The notes: generated by a model not told the origin, from the sequence alone. Counted from the stretch's first letter, positions 1 to 9,148 are shown. The stretch: 28,360 nt of DNA from Fibrobacterota bacterium (GCA_043753995.1 JAYUVP010000240.1:1-28360); one strand, 5' to 3'. Numbers and translations: made by a program.

Positions 1-452
1 GCAAGAGCACCTTTTGAGCTGCTTTGATGCGGGTCTACCCAAGGATCGCGGCGAGGATCTAGGTCGCGCCTGATAAACAGGTAGGTAGGATTAAAGTGAA
101 CCGGAGTAAAAACCCGGGAGCCCTTACTTGTAAAAAGATCGACAGATACCAATCCTGAGCTTATCTCTCGTTTGAACATCACGCGATCACTTCGAAGAAT
201 TATGCCTCTCGAAGTGTTGCCAGGTAATCGCTGCCGAAAAACATTTGTTCCAGCCAAAGAAAAGGCACCCGAAGCGGAAGTTGTTGCGGAAACACTGGGG
301 TATTCTAAAACCTTCACCGTTGCCCCGCCTATGCCCTGTGAGCTTAGGCTATCGACCACGGTGCCAGTAATATGGATTGTTTGGGCGAAGCCTAAGCCAC
401 CCATATTCACGAGCGCCACTACGGCCAACCTTAAAGATTGTTGGATAGACAT
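1..452 (-). CDS. Secreted protein with N-terminal carboxypeptidase-regulatory-like beta-sandwich; 3' part runs off the window (not in the ORF track)
   Basis: Manual translation from ATG at 452, preceded by a GGAGG RBS: MSIQQSLRLAVVALVNMGGLGFA-QTIHITGTVVDSLSSQGIGGATVKVLEYPSVSATTSASGAFSL...VSVDLFTSKGSRVF. The frame stays open to the window edge. It has a signal peptide and the GTVVD...GATV...T.ASG.FSL pattern. Confidence 0.75.
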   Translation of the reverse strand, partial: MSIQQSLRLAVVALVNMGGLGFAQTIHITGTVVDSLSSQGIGGATVKVLEYPSVSATTSASGAFSLAGTNVFRQRLPGNTSRGIILRSDRVMFKREISSGLVSVDLFTSKGSRVFTPVHFNPTYLFIRRDLDPRRDPWVDPHQSSSKGAL

Positions 453-469
453 TGCCCCTCCAGTTTCCG

Positions 470-1624
470 TCAATTTAAGATGGCGTCTCCCAAGGCATTG
501 AATAATTCGCCCAAATTCCCGCTCCCGGAATTGGAGAGTAGCACCAACCCCACCTGGTTGTCCTTGGAAAACCCCATGAAGCTCGTGAATCCGGCGGTAC
601 CTCCATCGTGGAGGAGAATCGTGCTTCCTTCTTCGGAAATCTTAAACCAGGACAAACCGATTTCGGAATCCATGCCGGTGAAAGTCGTTCTCTGACACAA
701 TTGCAAGGCAGAATCCAATGGCGACGGCGCCGAGCCGAGAAGGGCTTGAGCGTATTTTAGCATGTCCTCGGCGGTGGAGCGCAAGGCACCGGCAGCTTCA
801 AAGCCTCCCATTTCATCCCATGCCTGCACGGGTATTCCCTTCTCGTCATGGCCTTGGGCCATGCGATTTTTTTCCGCATCGCCATAGTGAATTCTCGTGT
901 CCCGCATCCCCAGGGGCAAGCAAAGCTTTTCCGTGACCAGGGTTTCATAAGGTTTCCCGTAGAAATCCTCCAGGAGCAAGCCGACCAGAGCCATGCCCAG
1001 ATTGGAATAGGAGAAGGCCCTTCCAGGAATGCTGGCCAGGATTTCCGGCTTCAGGTAGGCATAGACTTTTTGTTTATCGTAATGCCGATAGGGTTTTTCT
1101 GGGTCATATCCCTCGGCCAAGTCATCAGGTATTCTGGGTAGCCCCGAAGTATGATTCAGAAGGGACTTCAAAGTTATCCCATGTTCCCCCATTGCGAGCC
1201 GAGGTATTCCTTCGGGGAGCAGCCCGGCGATGGAACTATCCAGAGCAAAGCCCTCCGACAGGGAAAAGTCGGCTGCCAAGGCTGCGGTCATGGTTTTCGT
1301 GATCGATCCAATTTCGAAAAGCGTATTAGCGTTCGGAATTATTCCGTTGCCCTTGGCGGTTTCTCCATACCCATAGATCAAGACGCTGTCCCCTTTCAAA
1401 ATGCCGAGGCATAGTCCCACCGTCCCCCATTTTCCCATGTGCGCGGAAACCAAGGTATCGACTTTTCGATCCAAAATGCTTTGCAAAGGATTGTCGGTCT
1501 GGCTCTTCTCGGTGGGTGCGGGTTCCGTATGCCTGTCGCATGCGCTTACCAGCACCAGGAAGGCGATGAGGGGCACCTTGAAAAAGAGTGCTACGGAGTC
1601 ATTCCAAGAAATTGTTTTAAGCAT
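470..1624 (-). CDS. Serine hydrolase, beta-lactamase class C/AmpC-like family, lipoprotein
   Basis: Motifs FEIGSITK (SxxK), LLNHTSGLP, FSYSN (YxN) and HDGGTAGF; lipobox LVSAC. Confidence 0.9.
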   Translation of the reverse strand: MLKTISWNDSVALFFKVPLIAFLVLVSACDRHTEPAPTEKSQTDNPLQSILDRKVDTLVSAHMGKWGTVGLCLGILKGDSVLIYGYGETAKGNGIIPNANTLFEIGSITKTMTAALAADFSLSEGFALDSSIAGLLPEGIPRLAMGEHGITLKSLLNHTSGLPRIPDDLAEGYDPEKPYRHYDKQKVYAYLKPEILASIPGRAFSYSNLGMALVGLLLEDFYGKPYETLVTEKLCLPLGMRDTRIHYGDAEKNRMAQGHDEKGIPVQAWDEMGGFEAAGALRSTAEDMLKYAQALLGSAPSPLDSALQLCQRTTFTGMDSEIGLSWFKISEEGSTILLHDGGTAGFTSFMGFSKDNQVGLVLLSNSGSGNLGELFNALGDAILN

Positions 1625-1819
1625 AGGATTTCCTCATGTTACGCAAGGAATTTATCCAGCTCCTCTAAGTATTGGCCACGACCAAGATGATATTTCGTTC
1701 CATTTTGGCGAACCGTGGATGGGAGGGTGGAGGCTGTGGAAGGCAGCGACACTACCGTATCATGAAAGATACCGTAACTTATATGGAACTATTCATCGAC
1801 TACACGAAAGGGGCCGTCC

Positions 1820-1849
1820 TAGAGGGGCGAATTCGGTTCGCCCCTCTAC
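1820..1849 (-). repeat. Perfect 12-bp-stem palindrome (REP-like or terminator-like) just after the stop of the 1854-2444 gene
   Basis: TAGAGGGGCGAA (1820-1831), 5-nt loop, TTCGCCCCTCTA (1837-1848). On the minus strand it begins with GTAG, the typical REP foot. There is no U-tract. Confidence 0.6.
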
Positions 1850-1853
1850 CATC

Positions 1854-2444
1854 TTAGAAGAAATAAACCGAAAAGTGCATGTAAAAAACCAGCCCATCGG
1901 AATAGCCACTGGGGGTCGTTTTTCCGGTCGTGGCCGTTGTCGCCAAGCTGGATTTGATTTTGGATTCAGAACTGCCGAAACTATAGCGAAACAAATTACT
2001 GCCTACCCCCAGCTTGTACTTTTCGGCGAATTCCTTTGTCAAAAGCAAATTCAGCTTTAAGGCATGGGAAGTTGATTTGCTTTCAGAGAAAGAATTCGTT
2101 TCGGTGCCTGCGGTTGAACGGAAATAGGAAGTCGATTTGGTATCGCTCAAGGTGAATTGGTAGGCAGGACAAATTTCAATATTCAGAATATTGGCATTGA
2201 TGATGAACATGGGAGACAGCTCCACCGAGCTCGACGTGATATCGGTTTCGCTCGTCTTCATCGTGTCGTTTTTGGTTTCGCTGTGGGTATGAGCGTAGTT
2301 ATATCCATTCTTGATTCCGAAAAATCCCGACGAATACAACAAGCCAAAGTTGGTCATGGGAGCGGGACCTTCGGCATAAATGCCAAAGCCATCGGCAAAA
2401 ACGGAAACGACGCTTAGCGCCAAAATCAAGGCGACTTTTTTCAC
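1854..2444 (-). CDS. Probable small outer-membrane beta-barrel protein
   Basis: Likely GTG start at 2444 after a GGAG RBS, giving MKKVALILALSVVSVFA-DG (signal peptide). It has alternating hydrophobic strands with S/T-rich loops and an aromatic C-terminal beta-signal (YMHFSVYFF). Confidence 0.65.
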   Translation of the reverse strand: MKKVALILALSVVSVFADGFGIYAEGPAPMTNFGLLYSSGFFGIKNGYNYAHTHSETKNDTMKTSETDITSSSVELSPMFIINANILNIEICPAYQFTLSDTKSTSYFRSTAGTETNSFSESKSTSHALKLNLLLTKEFAEKYKLGVGSNLFRYSFGSSESKIKSSLATTATTGKTTPSGYSDGLVFYMHFSVYFF

Positions 2445-2597
2445 ATATTCTCCAGGGTTGTACATAAAAACGCGGAGTGTAGCTAGCAAAGAAACCCAGG
2501 AATGCCAACCCAATTTTTGCGGGCTGGCTTCTGCTTTAGCCCGCAGGGATCCGAAGCCGGACTTAAATCACTCTACTCCATCTCAACCGGGCGGAAT

Positions 2598-3035
2598 CTA
2601 TTGCTTGTCGATCTTGATAAAATCGAAGAAGCCGAAATACCCTGTGCTGCTGGAATTCTTGTCGATAATCTTTAGGCGGAAATGTTTGATGCCCGGCGAG
2701 GTGAACTTGAAGGTATTCATTGGGAAGGTACCGAGCCCCGATGTAGGCGTGTACATGTCTAGCGTATCGGTGGGCGCGAATTGGGTCGTGCCGGGAGCCG
2801 TGGCCTAGCCATAGGCCGGCATCAACGCTATTGGAGATGACGCTGCCAATGTCGTTGAATTTGACTAACTCCCCTGTCAAGATCCCCATCCCCCATTATT
2901 GACCAAATCCATGTTGATCGTGTTGACGGTGACGGTCGTGGCCTGGGCTGCGCCGAGGGCAAGGCCGGCCATGAATAGTGCCCTAAATAAGGCGGGGCTT
3001 GAACGAAAGGCGAGGGGATTTGGGTTTTGGGGCAT
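2598..3035 (-). pseudogene. Frameshifted gene for a small secreted beta-sandwich (CBM/galactose-binding-like) protein
   Basis: AAGGAG RBS and ATG at 3035 give a signal peptide (MPQNPNPLAFRSSPALFRALFMAGLALGAAQA). In-frame stops lie at 2877, 2865 and 2805. The same frame resumes as ATAPGTTQF...GIKHFRLKIIDKNSSSTGYFGFFDFIKIDKQ-stop at 2598. Confidence 0.65.
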
Positions 3036-3103
3036 GCTTCAACTCCTTAGTCATGCTTAGCTGCAAAGGCGTTGAGGTTTGCTTCACTGAACGGTCTTAT
3101 AAC

Positions 3104-4774
3104 TTACCGTGAGCCTCGTCCGAGAAAGTCATAGCCGGAAACCCAGAGGAATCCCCCTATTCCTAGCGCCCGATCCCGGTCATTCGACCTCAGGCGCAAA
3201 GGAGAGATCGCCGTAGGAATGGCGCCGTAAATCGGCTTGAACCGCGCATAAGTCGCCGCCTGCGCGGCTCCGATGTCCGCATTCATCACGCTATCATAAG
3301 CATTCGCCAGAGGGAAATTGGATGAACCCGTCAGCCCCGAATAGGCCACATCGCCATTTTCCGCTACGGCGATCGCTCGAAACGAATCCCCCGCCGTACC
3401 GCCCAGATAGCTCAAGTATTTGAACTTGGACAAGTCGCCGGAAAGCCGACCGTAAAACGCATCGCCCGCCGCGACTGTAGCATCGAGCGCATTAGGCGTC
3501 ACAGGGAGATTCGACGATGCTGTGCTGCCTCCGAAGACAATGTCACCGTCGGGAGTGACGGCTATGCCTTCGATTTCGTCCCGGGCATTGCCTCCGATAT
3601 AGGTGCCAGCTTGCAGACGTTTGCCGTCAGCGGAAATCACGGCCAGGAATCCATTCACGGCATTGCCTGCAATGGAAGGCTGTACGACGCCAGCGGTGAC
3701 GGGAAGATCGGTCGATTGGGTGAGTCCGCCAATAATGGCATTGCCTGCCGTATCTACGGCGAGGAGATGGGTTTCCATTTCCTCGTGGCCGCTACCTCCG
3801 TAATAGGTTCCGAAGACGATGGAATTATCCGGCGCGAAACGAACTAGAACGATATCCCCACCTCCCCCCGCTTGGGCTTGATAGGAACCTGTCGTGACGG
3901 AACTTACACCGCCGGCGGGATCCCAAGCCGTGAAATAGACATCTCCTTTCGGCCCCAGGCGTATGGAGGGATTACCACTATAGGCGGCTCCCAAATCGGG
4001 TCCTCCGATAAAGGTGCCGAATAGCAGCTCGGTGGCACCTGGGGACAACTTTCCATAATAGGAATCGTTCTTCCCCGATACCGTGGCTTGAGGCCCTATT
4101 TGGGTGGGTGTGACTGAGAGAACATTTTGTAATGAGGTCGCGGCAACATAAACACGGCCCAGGGTATCGACGTCAATGTCCCGGACAAAGCCTGGCCCGC
4201 TTTCGCCAAAATAAGTGGACCACTTCAAGGTGCTGCCGTCGGCGCTCAAGCAAGCAACAAAACCATCCTGTAGGCCGTACTCAGAATTGGAACCGGCGTC
4301 GCCAGCAAAGGTTCTCTGGACAACGCCGGCTGTCGTTGGAAAGCCAGCACCCGCGCGTCCTCCGAGGAAAATGTCATCACCGGGTCCGATTTCTACCGCA
4401 TAGGCGCGATCATAATTCGGTCCCCCGAGAAAGGTGCTCCAGAGGAGCCGCCCATTGGAATCGAGCTTCACGACAAATACATCCGTTTGTCCGGCATTCC
4501 CCAATCCAGTGCCCACGGTTCCATCGCCATAAGTTCGGTCATAGGCTCCTGGAGTGGTTTGGAAATCAGACGCCGAGGTTCCTCCGACCACGATCACATT
4601 TCCCTTGGAATCGAAAGCGATGTCCCGGGCTTGCTCCCAATGCGTGGACGTACCATCGAGAAAACTCGACCCGACAAGCTTATAGGATTGGAAAACAGTT
4701 TGCGCTTGCGCTATTCCCACTACTCCCATAGTGAACAAGATCAAACCCGATCGATACGCTCGTAATGTTTGCAT
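3104..4774 (-). CDS. Secreted SBBP-repeat (beta-propeller) protein
   Basis: Signal peptide (…GIAQA) and repeated STFLGG/STYFGE/GTYYGG/GTYIGG…D…IAVD…G.V.VGG.T.S.DFP.T.GAY units typical of SBBP repeats. It ends in a short basic tail GYDFLGRGSR. Confidence 0.85.
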   Translation of the reverse strand: MQTLRAYRSGLILFTMGVVGIAQAQTVFQSYKLVGSSFLDGTSTHWEQARDIAFDSKGNVIVVGGTSASDFQTTPGAYDRTYGDGTVGTGLGNAGQTDVFVVKLDSNGRLLWSTFLGGPNYDRAYAVEIGPGDDIFLGGRAGAGFPTTAGVVQRTFAGDAGSNSEYGLQDGFVACLSADGSTLKWSTYFGESGPGFVRDIDVDTLGRVYVAATSLQNVLSVTPTQIGPQATVSGKNDSYYGKLSPGATELLFGTFIGGPDLGAAYSGNPSIRLGPKGDVYFTAWDPAGGVSSVTTGSYQAQAGGGGDIVLVRFAPDNSIVFGTYYGGSGHEEMETHLLAVDTAGNAIIGGLTQSTDLPVTAGVVQPSIAGNAVNGFLAVISADGKRLQAGTYIGGNARDEIEGIAVTPDGDIVFGGSTASSNLPVTPNALDATVAAGDAFYGRLSGDLSKFKYLSYLGGTAGDSFRAIAVAENGDVAYSGLTGSSNFPLANAYDSVMNADIGAAQAATYARFKPIYGAIPTAISPLRLRSNDRDRALGIGGFLWVSGYDFLGRGSR

Positions 4775-4796
4775 GTGAACGGATTATACCAATGGA

Positions 4797-5249
4797 ATGG
4801 CTGGGGCGATGCTAGCTACCCTTGTTTTACCTTTGTTCATCATGGGACCGCGCCGCAATCCACTTTTCTATCTCGGTTTAGCCCTTTTAGTGAGTTTCGC
4901 CCTTTCAGGTCAATACCTGAAACACTCCGTAAAACCGGATTTCGGGGAAGACATCGCCCATCGTATGATGGCCCGTGCTAATCACCTCTATCTTCTTTTC
5001 ATTTCCCTGCTTCTGATGATCTCGTCTCTCATCGACGCGGCCGGCCGGCCGAATTGGATTCGTCGTGCCGTGGCTGGCGGTAAAATCATCCTATCGATTT
5101 CGGCGCTTCTGCTTGTCATTGCCGTATTTACCGACCATGATGGCGCGCCCCGGGATCGGGTGGCCACGCGATACGGTTGCATCTTCGCCTTGGTGGGGGG
5201 ACTTTTCATCTCTGCCTTTGCCTTGGGCTCCCGGAACCAGGAAGGCTAA
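4797..5249 (+). CDS. Hypothetical integral membrane protein (about 4 TM); true start may be ATG 4842
   Basis: Several hydrophobic stretches and an RANHLYLL motif; fills the gap between flanking genes. Confidence 0.65.
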   Translation: MAGAMLATLVLPLFIMGPRRNPLFYLGLALLVSFALSGQYLKHSVKPDFGEDIAHRMMARANHLYLLFISLLLMISSLIDAAGRPNWIRRAVAGGKIILSISALLLVIAVFTDHDGAPRDRVATRYGCIFALVGGLFISAFALGSRNQEG

Positions 5250-5459
5250 TAGAGCGCTGGTACAGCAGCTTTCCCCCAAACGCTTGCGCTATAACGAGCG
5301 CGTGAAAAAGGCTTCCCACGCCGCGCGAAAGCACTCTAGATAGCCTAAGGTCTTTCCAGGCTGGCGAGGCGGGTGCCAGCCTGGAATGTCTCCTCACGAC
5401 TTCAACAGAATCGATCGGACCAGGGACCATTTCTGGATACGAAGCGTCCTATTTGCACT

Positions 5460-6041
5460 ATGAAACTTTCATCGCTCGCCCCTTGGCTTCTGGTTGTATT
5501 TATCGCCATCCCAGTTTTTTCAGCTCAATCGACGGACTCGCTTGCGGGCATATCCAATGCGCCTCCCCCTGGTGTGGGTTGGCAAACCACAGGTGGCCTG
5601 CTTTATGGAATGGGTGGCATGTTGGCGGGCGGCGCTCTCGGTGCCGGAGCCTTGTCGGCTTATTGTTTTACTTGGGGAGAAGATTGTGGTTTTGCGGGCA
5701 TAGGAGGCGCCTTTCTCGGCGGCCTATTGGGATTTGCGGGTGGTTTTCCTATGGGAGTTTATCGATTTGGCGTCGATGAAAACCATAAGGGGTCGCTGCT
5801 ATGGACCTATTTCTCAACCGTGCTCGGCGCCGCCGCTGGATTTGGTGGTACCGCCCTAATCACCCAACTCGATAGCGAAGATGCCTGGTTTCAATCGTCT
5901 CTCATGGGCTTGGCTGGCGCGCCGATTGGAGCCCTCATCGGTTTCAATGTAACGCGGCAAAAGGTTCGCGGAATTCCCGAAGTCGCCATGGTTCCCCTTG
6001 GCGATGGCGGAGCTATGGGTCGCTTGACTTGGCGGTTTTAA
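5460..6041 (+). CDS. Hypothetical exported/membrane protein with glycine-zipper helices
   Basis: Likely start ATG 5460 (MKLSSLAPWLLVVFIAIPVFSA, signal peptide). It has GxxxGxxxG helices and a C-terminal strand ending GRLTWRF. Confidence 0.65.
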   Translation: MKLSSLAPWLLVVFIAIPVFSAQSTDSLAGISNAPPPGVGWQTTGGLLYGMGGMLAGGALGAGALSAYCFTWGEDCGFAGIGGAFLGGLLGFAGGFPMGVYRFGVDENHKGSLLWTYFSTVLGAAAGFGGTALITQLDSEDAWFQSSLMGLAGAPIGALIGFNVTRQKVRGIPEVAMVPLGDGGAMGRLTWRF

Positions 6042-6046
6042 GGGGG

Positions 6047-7849
6047 TTACTTCGAGATGGGCGACTCGATACGCCCAAACTTCAAACCAGAAACAGAAAT
6101 GTATTCCTTCCCTTTTTCAAGACTGACATGATAGCCCTGCATTTTTCCATAACTCACAGCTTCTGTGGCGGAAAGTATTTTCAGAGGGACGGCCACGGTG
6201 CCATTCCATTTCACCCTCATGAGGCCTTCGCGTGAATCGTAAATCAATTCGAGCTTTCCCGGGGCGCTTTGGAAGGGGTTAATGTCGGGATTGAGGCCTA
6301 GGTATTGGCCTGCGCGCCTGCGCCAAACCGTGGGGACGGAATCCGCGAGCAGCTTCTCAACTAGCCCCAGTGGGTCGCCACCCACCACTCCGACCACCCA
6401 TTTCCGATCGTCGATGGGATGCAAGTACAGGCCGTTTCCGTGAAGGGGAATAGGGATGAAACCGGCCAAATAATTCCGGACCCGGAAGGTGTCGTGACCG
6501 GAAGGGATCAAGGTCACCTTTTTTTCTCCGTCAATCAGGGCAGACAAATGCTTTCCATCACGATGGATATCCACTCGCGTAATTCCAAAGGCATTCAGGT
6601 GCATACCGAATTTTCCGGTCATGGAATCGAGGCGCGTCGGACTTAAGATCACTTCCCGGGATTCTTTTGTCTGCGGTGCCGGAAGTTTTCGCCCAAGTTT
6701 GGCATCGAGTAAGGCCGACAAGGCTTCATTGCCGATGCGAAGGACTTCGCCCCCATTCACCAGTACTACCACGCCCACCTTTAGCGAACGCGAGCCGACG
6801 AAATAACTCATGAAACCGGGAACTCCTCCGGTATGTAGGAAAAGGTCTAGGCTGTCGTTTCCACCTATCGCTATTCGAGAGAGCAAATAACCCAGACCGA
6901 TTCTCACGTTCTCATCGGCCCTAATGCCGGCATTTTGTTGGGCAAGCATACTGTCTAAACTTCCCTTCTCCAGGATTCGAAGGCCGCCGCTTTTCCCATC
7001 GGCAAAAATCATTTGCATGAAGCGCGCCAAATCTTCAGCGGAGGCAAAGGCGGCCCCAGCGGAGAGATCAGAAATATTGATATCAGAACCGCCCAATTCC
7101 TTTTTCCCAACACGAGCCTTGGCTATCCACGGATCCAATTCCGGCTTATACAGAACCGAAGCATGCGCCATGCCCATGGGATGGAACAGGGAGTCCTGGA
7201 TATAATCGGAATAGCTTATGCCGCTGGCCTTGGCCACCACATGGCCAAGCAAGGAAAAGCCCACGTTGGAGTAGGAATAGAATGCATTGGGCGGGGCCTG
7301 GAGATATTCGCCCGCTAGATTCGTAGGCAAGGCATTAAAGTTGGCCACTGCCTCTTCGGGCCGGAGAACCAAGGCTCCTTTATAATAGTCGCGAGGCAAT
7401 CCCGAATGATGGGTCAGCAAGTGTCGCAAAGTGATGGGCGGGGCATCGGGATAGAGAGACTTGATCGTGAACTCCGGCAGGTATTGGCGCAGAGGCGCGT
7501 CCAGATCCGCCTTACCCTGTTCCCGAAGCTTAAGCAGGGCTGTGGCCGTGAACAATTTGCTGATCGATCCAACTCGGTAAATGGTTCCGGGTGTCGCGGG
7601 TGTTTTCGGCTCCGAGTAAGCCAACCCAAAACCTTTGGACCAGAGTATGCGCTGATCGTCGACGAGGGCTATGCTAATGCCTTGGGCTTTACCTGCCTGC
7701 ATTTCCTTGGATAGGAATTGATCCAGGTAGGCGAGAGTGGCAGCATAGTCGCCAGCTTGTGAGACTTGAGGCCTTTTCGGAGCGGTGGTCCCGCAGGCGA
7801 ACAATATTACCGATACCAGGAGCAAAATCGCTCGGTGCCACTGACTCAT
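6047..7849 (-). CDS. Serine hydrolase, beta-lactamase family, lipoprotein with C-terminal extension
   Basis: Lipobox LFAC; motifs YRVGSISK (SxxK), LLTHHSGLP, YSYSN and HTGGVPGF; about 200 aa of extra C-terminal beta-rich sequence. Confidence 0.9.
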   Translation of the reverse strand: MSQWHRAILLLVSVILFACGTTAPKRPQVSQAGDYAATLAYLDQFLSKEMQAGKAQGISIALVDDQRILWSKGFGLAYSEPKTPATPGTIYRVGSISKLFTATALLKLREQGKADLDAPLRQYLPEFTIKSLYPDAPPITLRHLLTHHSGLPRDYYKGALVLRPEEAVANFNALPTNLAGEYLQAPPNAFYSYSNVGFSLLGHVVAKASGISYSDYIQDSLFHPMGMAHASVLYKPELDPWIAKARVGKKELGGSDINISDLSAGAAFASAEDLARFMQMIFADGKSGGLRILEKGSLDSMLAQQNAGIRADENVRIGLGYLLSRIAIGGNDSLDLFLHTGGVPGFMSYFVGSRSLKVGVVVLVNGGEVLRIGNEALSALLDAKLGRKLPAPQTKESREVILSPTRLDSMTGKFGMHLNAFGITRVDIHRDGKHLSALIDGEKKVTLIPSGHDTFRVRNYLAGFIPIPLHGNGLYLHPIDDRKWVVGVVGGDPLGLVEKLLADSVPTVWRRRAGQYLGLNPDINPFQSAPGKLELIYDSREGLMRVKWNGTVAVPLKILSATEAVSYGKMQGYHVSLEKGKEYISVSGLKFGRIESPISK

Positions 7850-7904
7850 GACTTTCCTTGGTGCGTTGACAATAGGATACGAAACCTCGCGTATTCGAAT
7901 TGGG

Positions 7905-7931
7905 GTAACACTCCACCCACATCTCGGTGTT
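7905..7931 (+). promoter_or_regulatory. Putative ECF sigma promoter, copy 1 (DUF2306 gene)
   Basis: GTAACA-N14-CGGTGTT, followed by GTACT, just upstream of ATG 7945/7954. Same motif and spacing as at 9065 and 10155. Confidence 0.7.
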
Positions 7932-7944
7932 GTACTTGATTAGA

Positions 7945-8598
7945 ATGGCATCTATGGAATTTTCCCCTGTCCGCAATCTTCCGTTTCGCGTCTGGATTCT
8001 GCCTGCGAGTCTTTTGCTTCTACTCGCTGTGCCCATGGTGGCGGGCTTAGTGCGCCTCGTCTCCCTAGCTGGCCAGCCTGCCTTGACTCCCGAAAATGCC
8101 CGCTTCGTGGAAAACCCCTTGCCCGTCGTTGTCCATGTTCTCGCTATTATCGTCTACGGAGTCTTGGGAGCTTTTCAAGTCTCTCCCGGAATCCGGAAGC
8201 GCAATCTTGCCTGGCATAAGGCCGCCGGTCGATGGGCCATGCCCGCCGCCTTTCTGTCTGCCCTGAGCGGACTTTGGCTGACCCAGGTCTATCCCGCCGC
8301 GCCCAATGACGGGCCCTCCCTCACCGCCATTCGGTGGATAGTGGGCGGCGCCATGCTGGTCTTTTTAATCCTGGGGCTTCGGGCTTTGCTACGTCGATCG
8401 TATGCAAAGCATGGAGCTTGGATGTTACGGGCCTATGCCCTGGGCATGGGTGCGGGCACCCAAGTGTTCACCCATGTCTTTTGGATCGTGGCGGTAGGCA
8501 AGCCTTCGGGATGGACCCGGGATATTCTCATGGCAGCTGGTTGGATAATCAATGCCTTGTTAGCGGAATGGATTCTCGCACGACGGGGGAAAGCTTAG
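7945..8598 (+). CDS. DUF2306-family membrane protein (start 7945 or 7954)
   Basis: About 6 TM segments with family-typical His motifs: VVVHV, GAFQ…R…WHK.AGR, and HGAWMLRAYALGMGAGTQ. Confidence 0.8.
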   Translation: MASMEFSPVRNLPFRVWILPASLLLLLAVPMVAGLVRLVSLAGQPALTPENARFVENPLPVVVHVLAIIVYGVLGAFQVSPGIRKRNLAWHKAAGRWAMPAAFLSALSGLWLTQVYPAAPNDGPSLTAIRWIVGGAMLVFLILGLRALLRRSYAKHGAWMLRAYALGMGAGTQVFTHVFWIVAVGKPSGWTRDILMAAGWIINALLAEWILARRGKA

Positions 8599-8886
8599 AG
8601 CAATCAAGGACATTCCCGTCCGAATGGGATGTCGTCGCCGGAATACCGCCCATCTTTCCAAGTGAATACGGTTTGCTCCTCGGCCCTCGGTTCAACACCC
8701 TCCCAGTCAGTTGACCGCCGTATTACCTGGCTCAATTTGTTCAGTTTATAACGGGCGAAATTGATATAAGTGTCTCTTTGATGTGGCCATTTCTTGGCCC
8801 CTGCTAAAGGGCTATACTAGCCATTTGAAACTAGCCTCTATATCCCAGGCTAGAAACAAGCCCTTTCATTACCTCGACCTGGAACA

Positions 8887-9017
8887 GCATGGCGAAAGCC
8901 CTGTCGGCGATTTGCCTCATGACGGCAGCCAGGGGAGGCGCCCCTTCGGGGCAGGTGGGGGAAGGCAGAGACCCCGTAAGCGTGGCGGTGGCTGCGAAGC
9001 AAGCCTTTTCGCCATGC
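8887..9017. other. GC-rich structured element closed by an 11-bp perfect inverted repeat (MITE/REP-like or ncRNA)
   Basis: GCATGGCGAAA (8887-8897) pairs with TTTCGCCATGC (9007-9017). Internal stems: CTGTCG/CGGCAG and GCCCC-TTC-GGGGC. Confidence 0.5.
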
Positions 9018-9064
9018 GCGGAGGCTCGGCCGTGGGGGCGGGCCCGCCCCTTCCATAAACCGGA

Positions 9065-9091
9065 GTAACACCTAGGCAAAACTTCGGTGTT
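9065..9091 (+). promoter_or_regulatory. Putative ECF sigma promoter, copy 2 (9149 gene and downstream operon)
   Basis: GTAACA-N14-CGGTGTT, followed by GTACT, about 57 nt upstream of ATG 9149. Confidence 0.7.
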
Positions 9092-9148
9092 GTACTGAAT
9101 AGAAAGGCGCCCCTGCTATTTGGACTTCCTGGGGGCTGCAATCCGCAA

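Noticed and set aside
55..110. CTAGGTCGCGCCTGATAAAC… as an IS terminal repeat interrupting the first gene
   Set aside because: The protein becomes less typical here, but the frame stays open and no partner repeat or transposase is visible in the window.
172..501. Plus-strand 109-aa ORF and many other short ORFs in the track overlapping long genes (e.g. 1401-2060, 2380-2808, 11909-12577, 17823-18383, 27238-27858)
   Set aside because: They are antisense or alternate-frame shadows of well-supported genes, with no motifs or RBS.
2563..2889. 108-aa minus ORF as an intact gene
   Set aside because: It is better explained as the out-of-frame middle and tail of the frameshifted gene 2598-3035.
5250..5345. 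Possible integron attC site after the 4797-5249 gene (…CTATAAC…)
   Set aside because: There is no matching GTTRRRY end, no extended palindrome, no repeated sites and no integrase.
8887..9017. Cobalamin riboswitch, SRP RNA or 6S RNA identity for the structured element
   Set aside because: The diagnostic conserved boxes were not found; it is kept only as an unclassified element.
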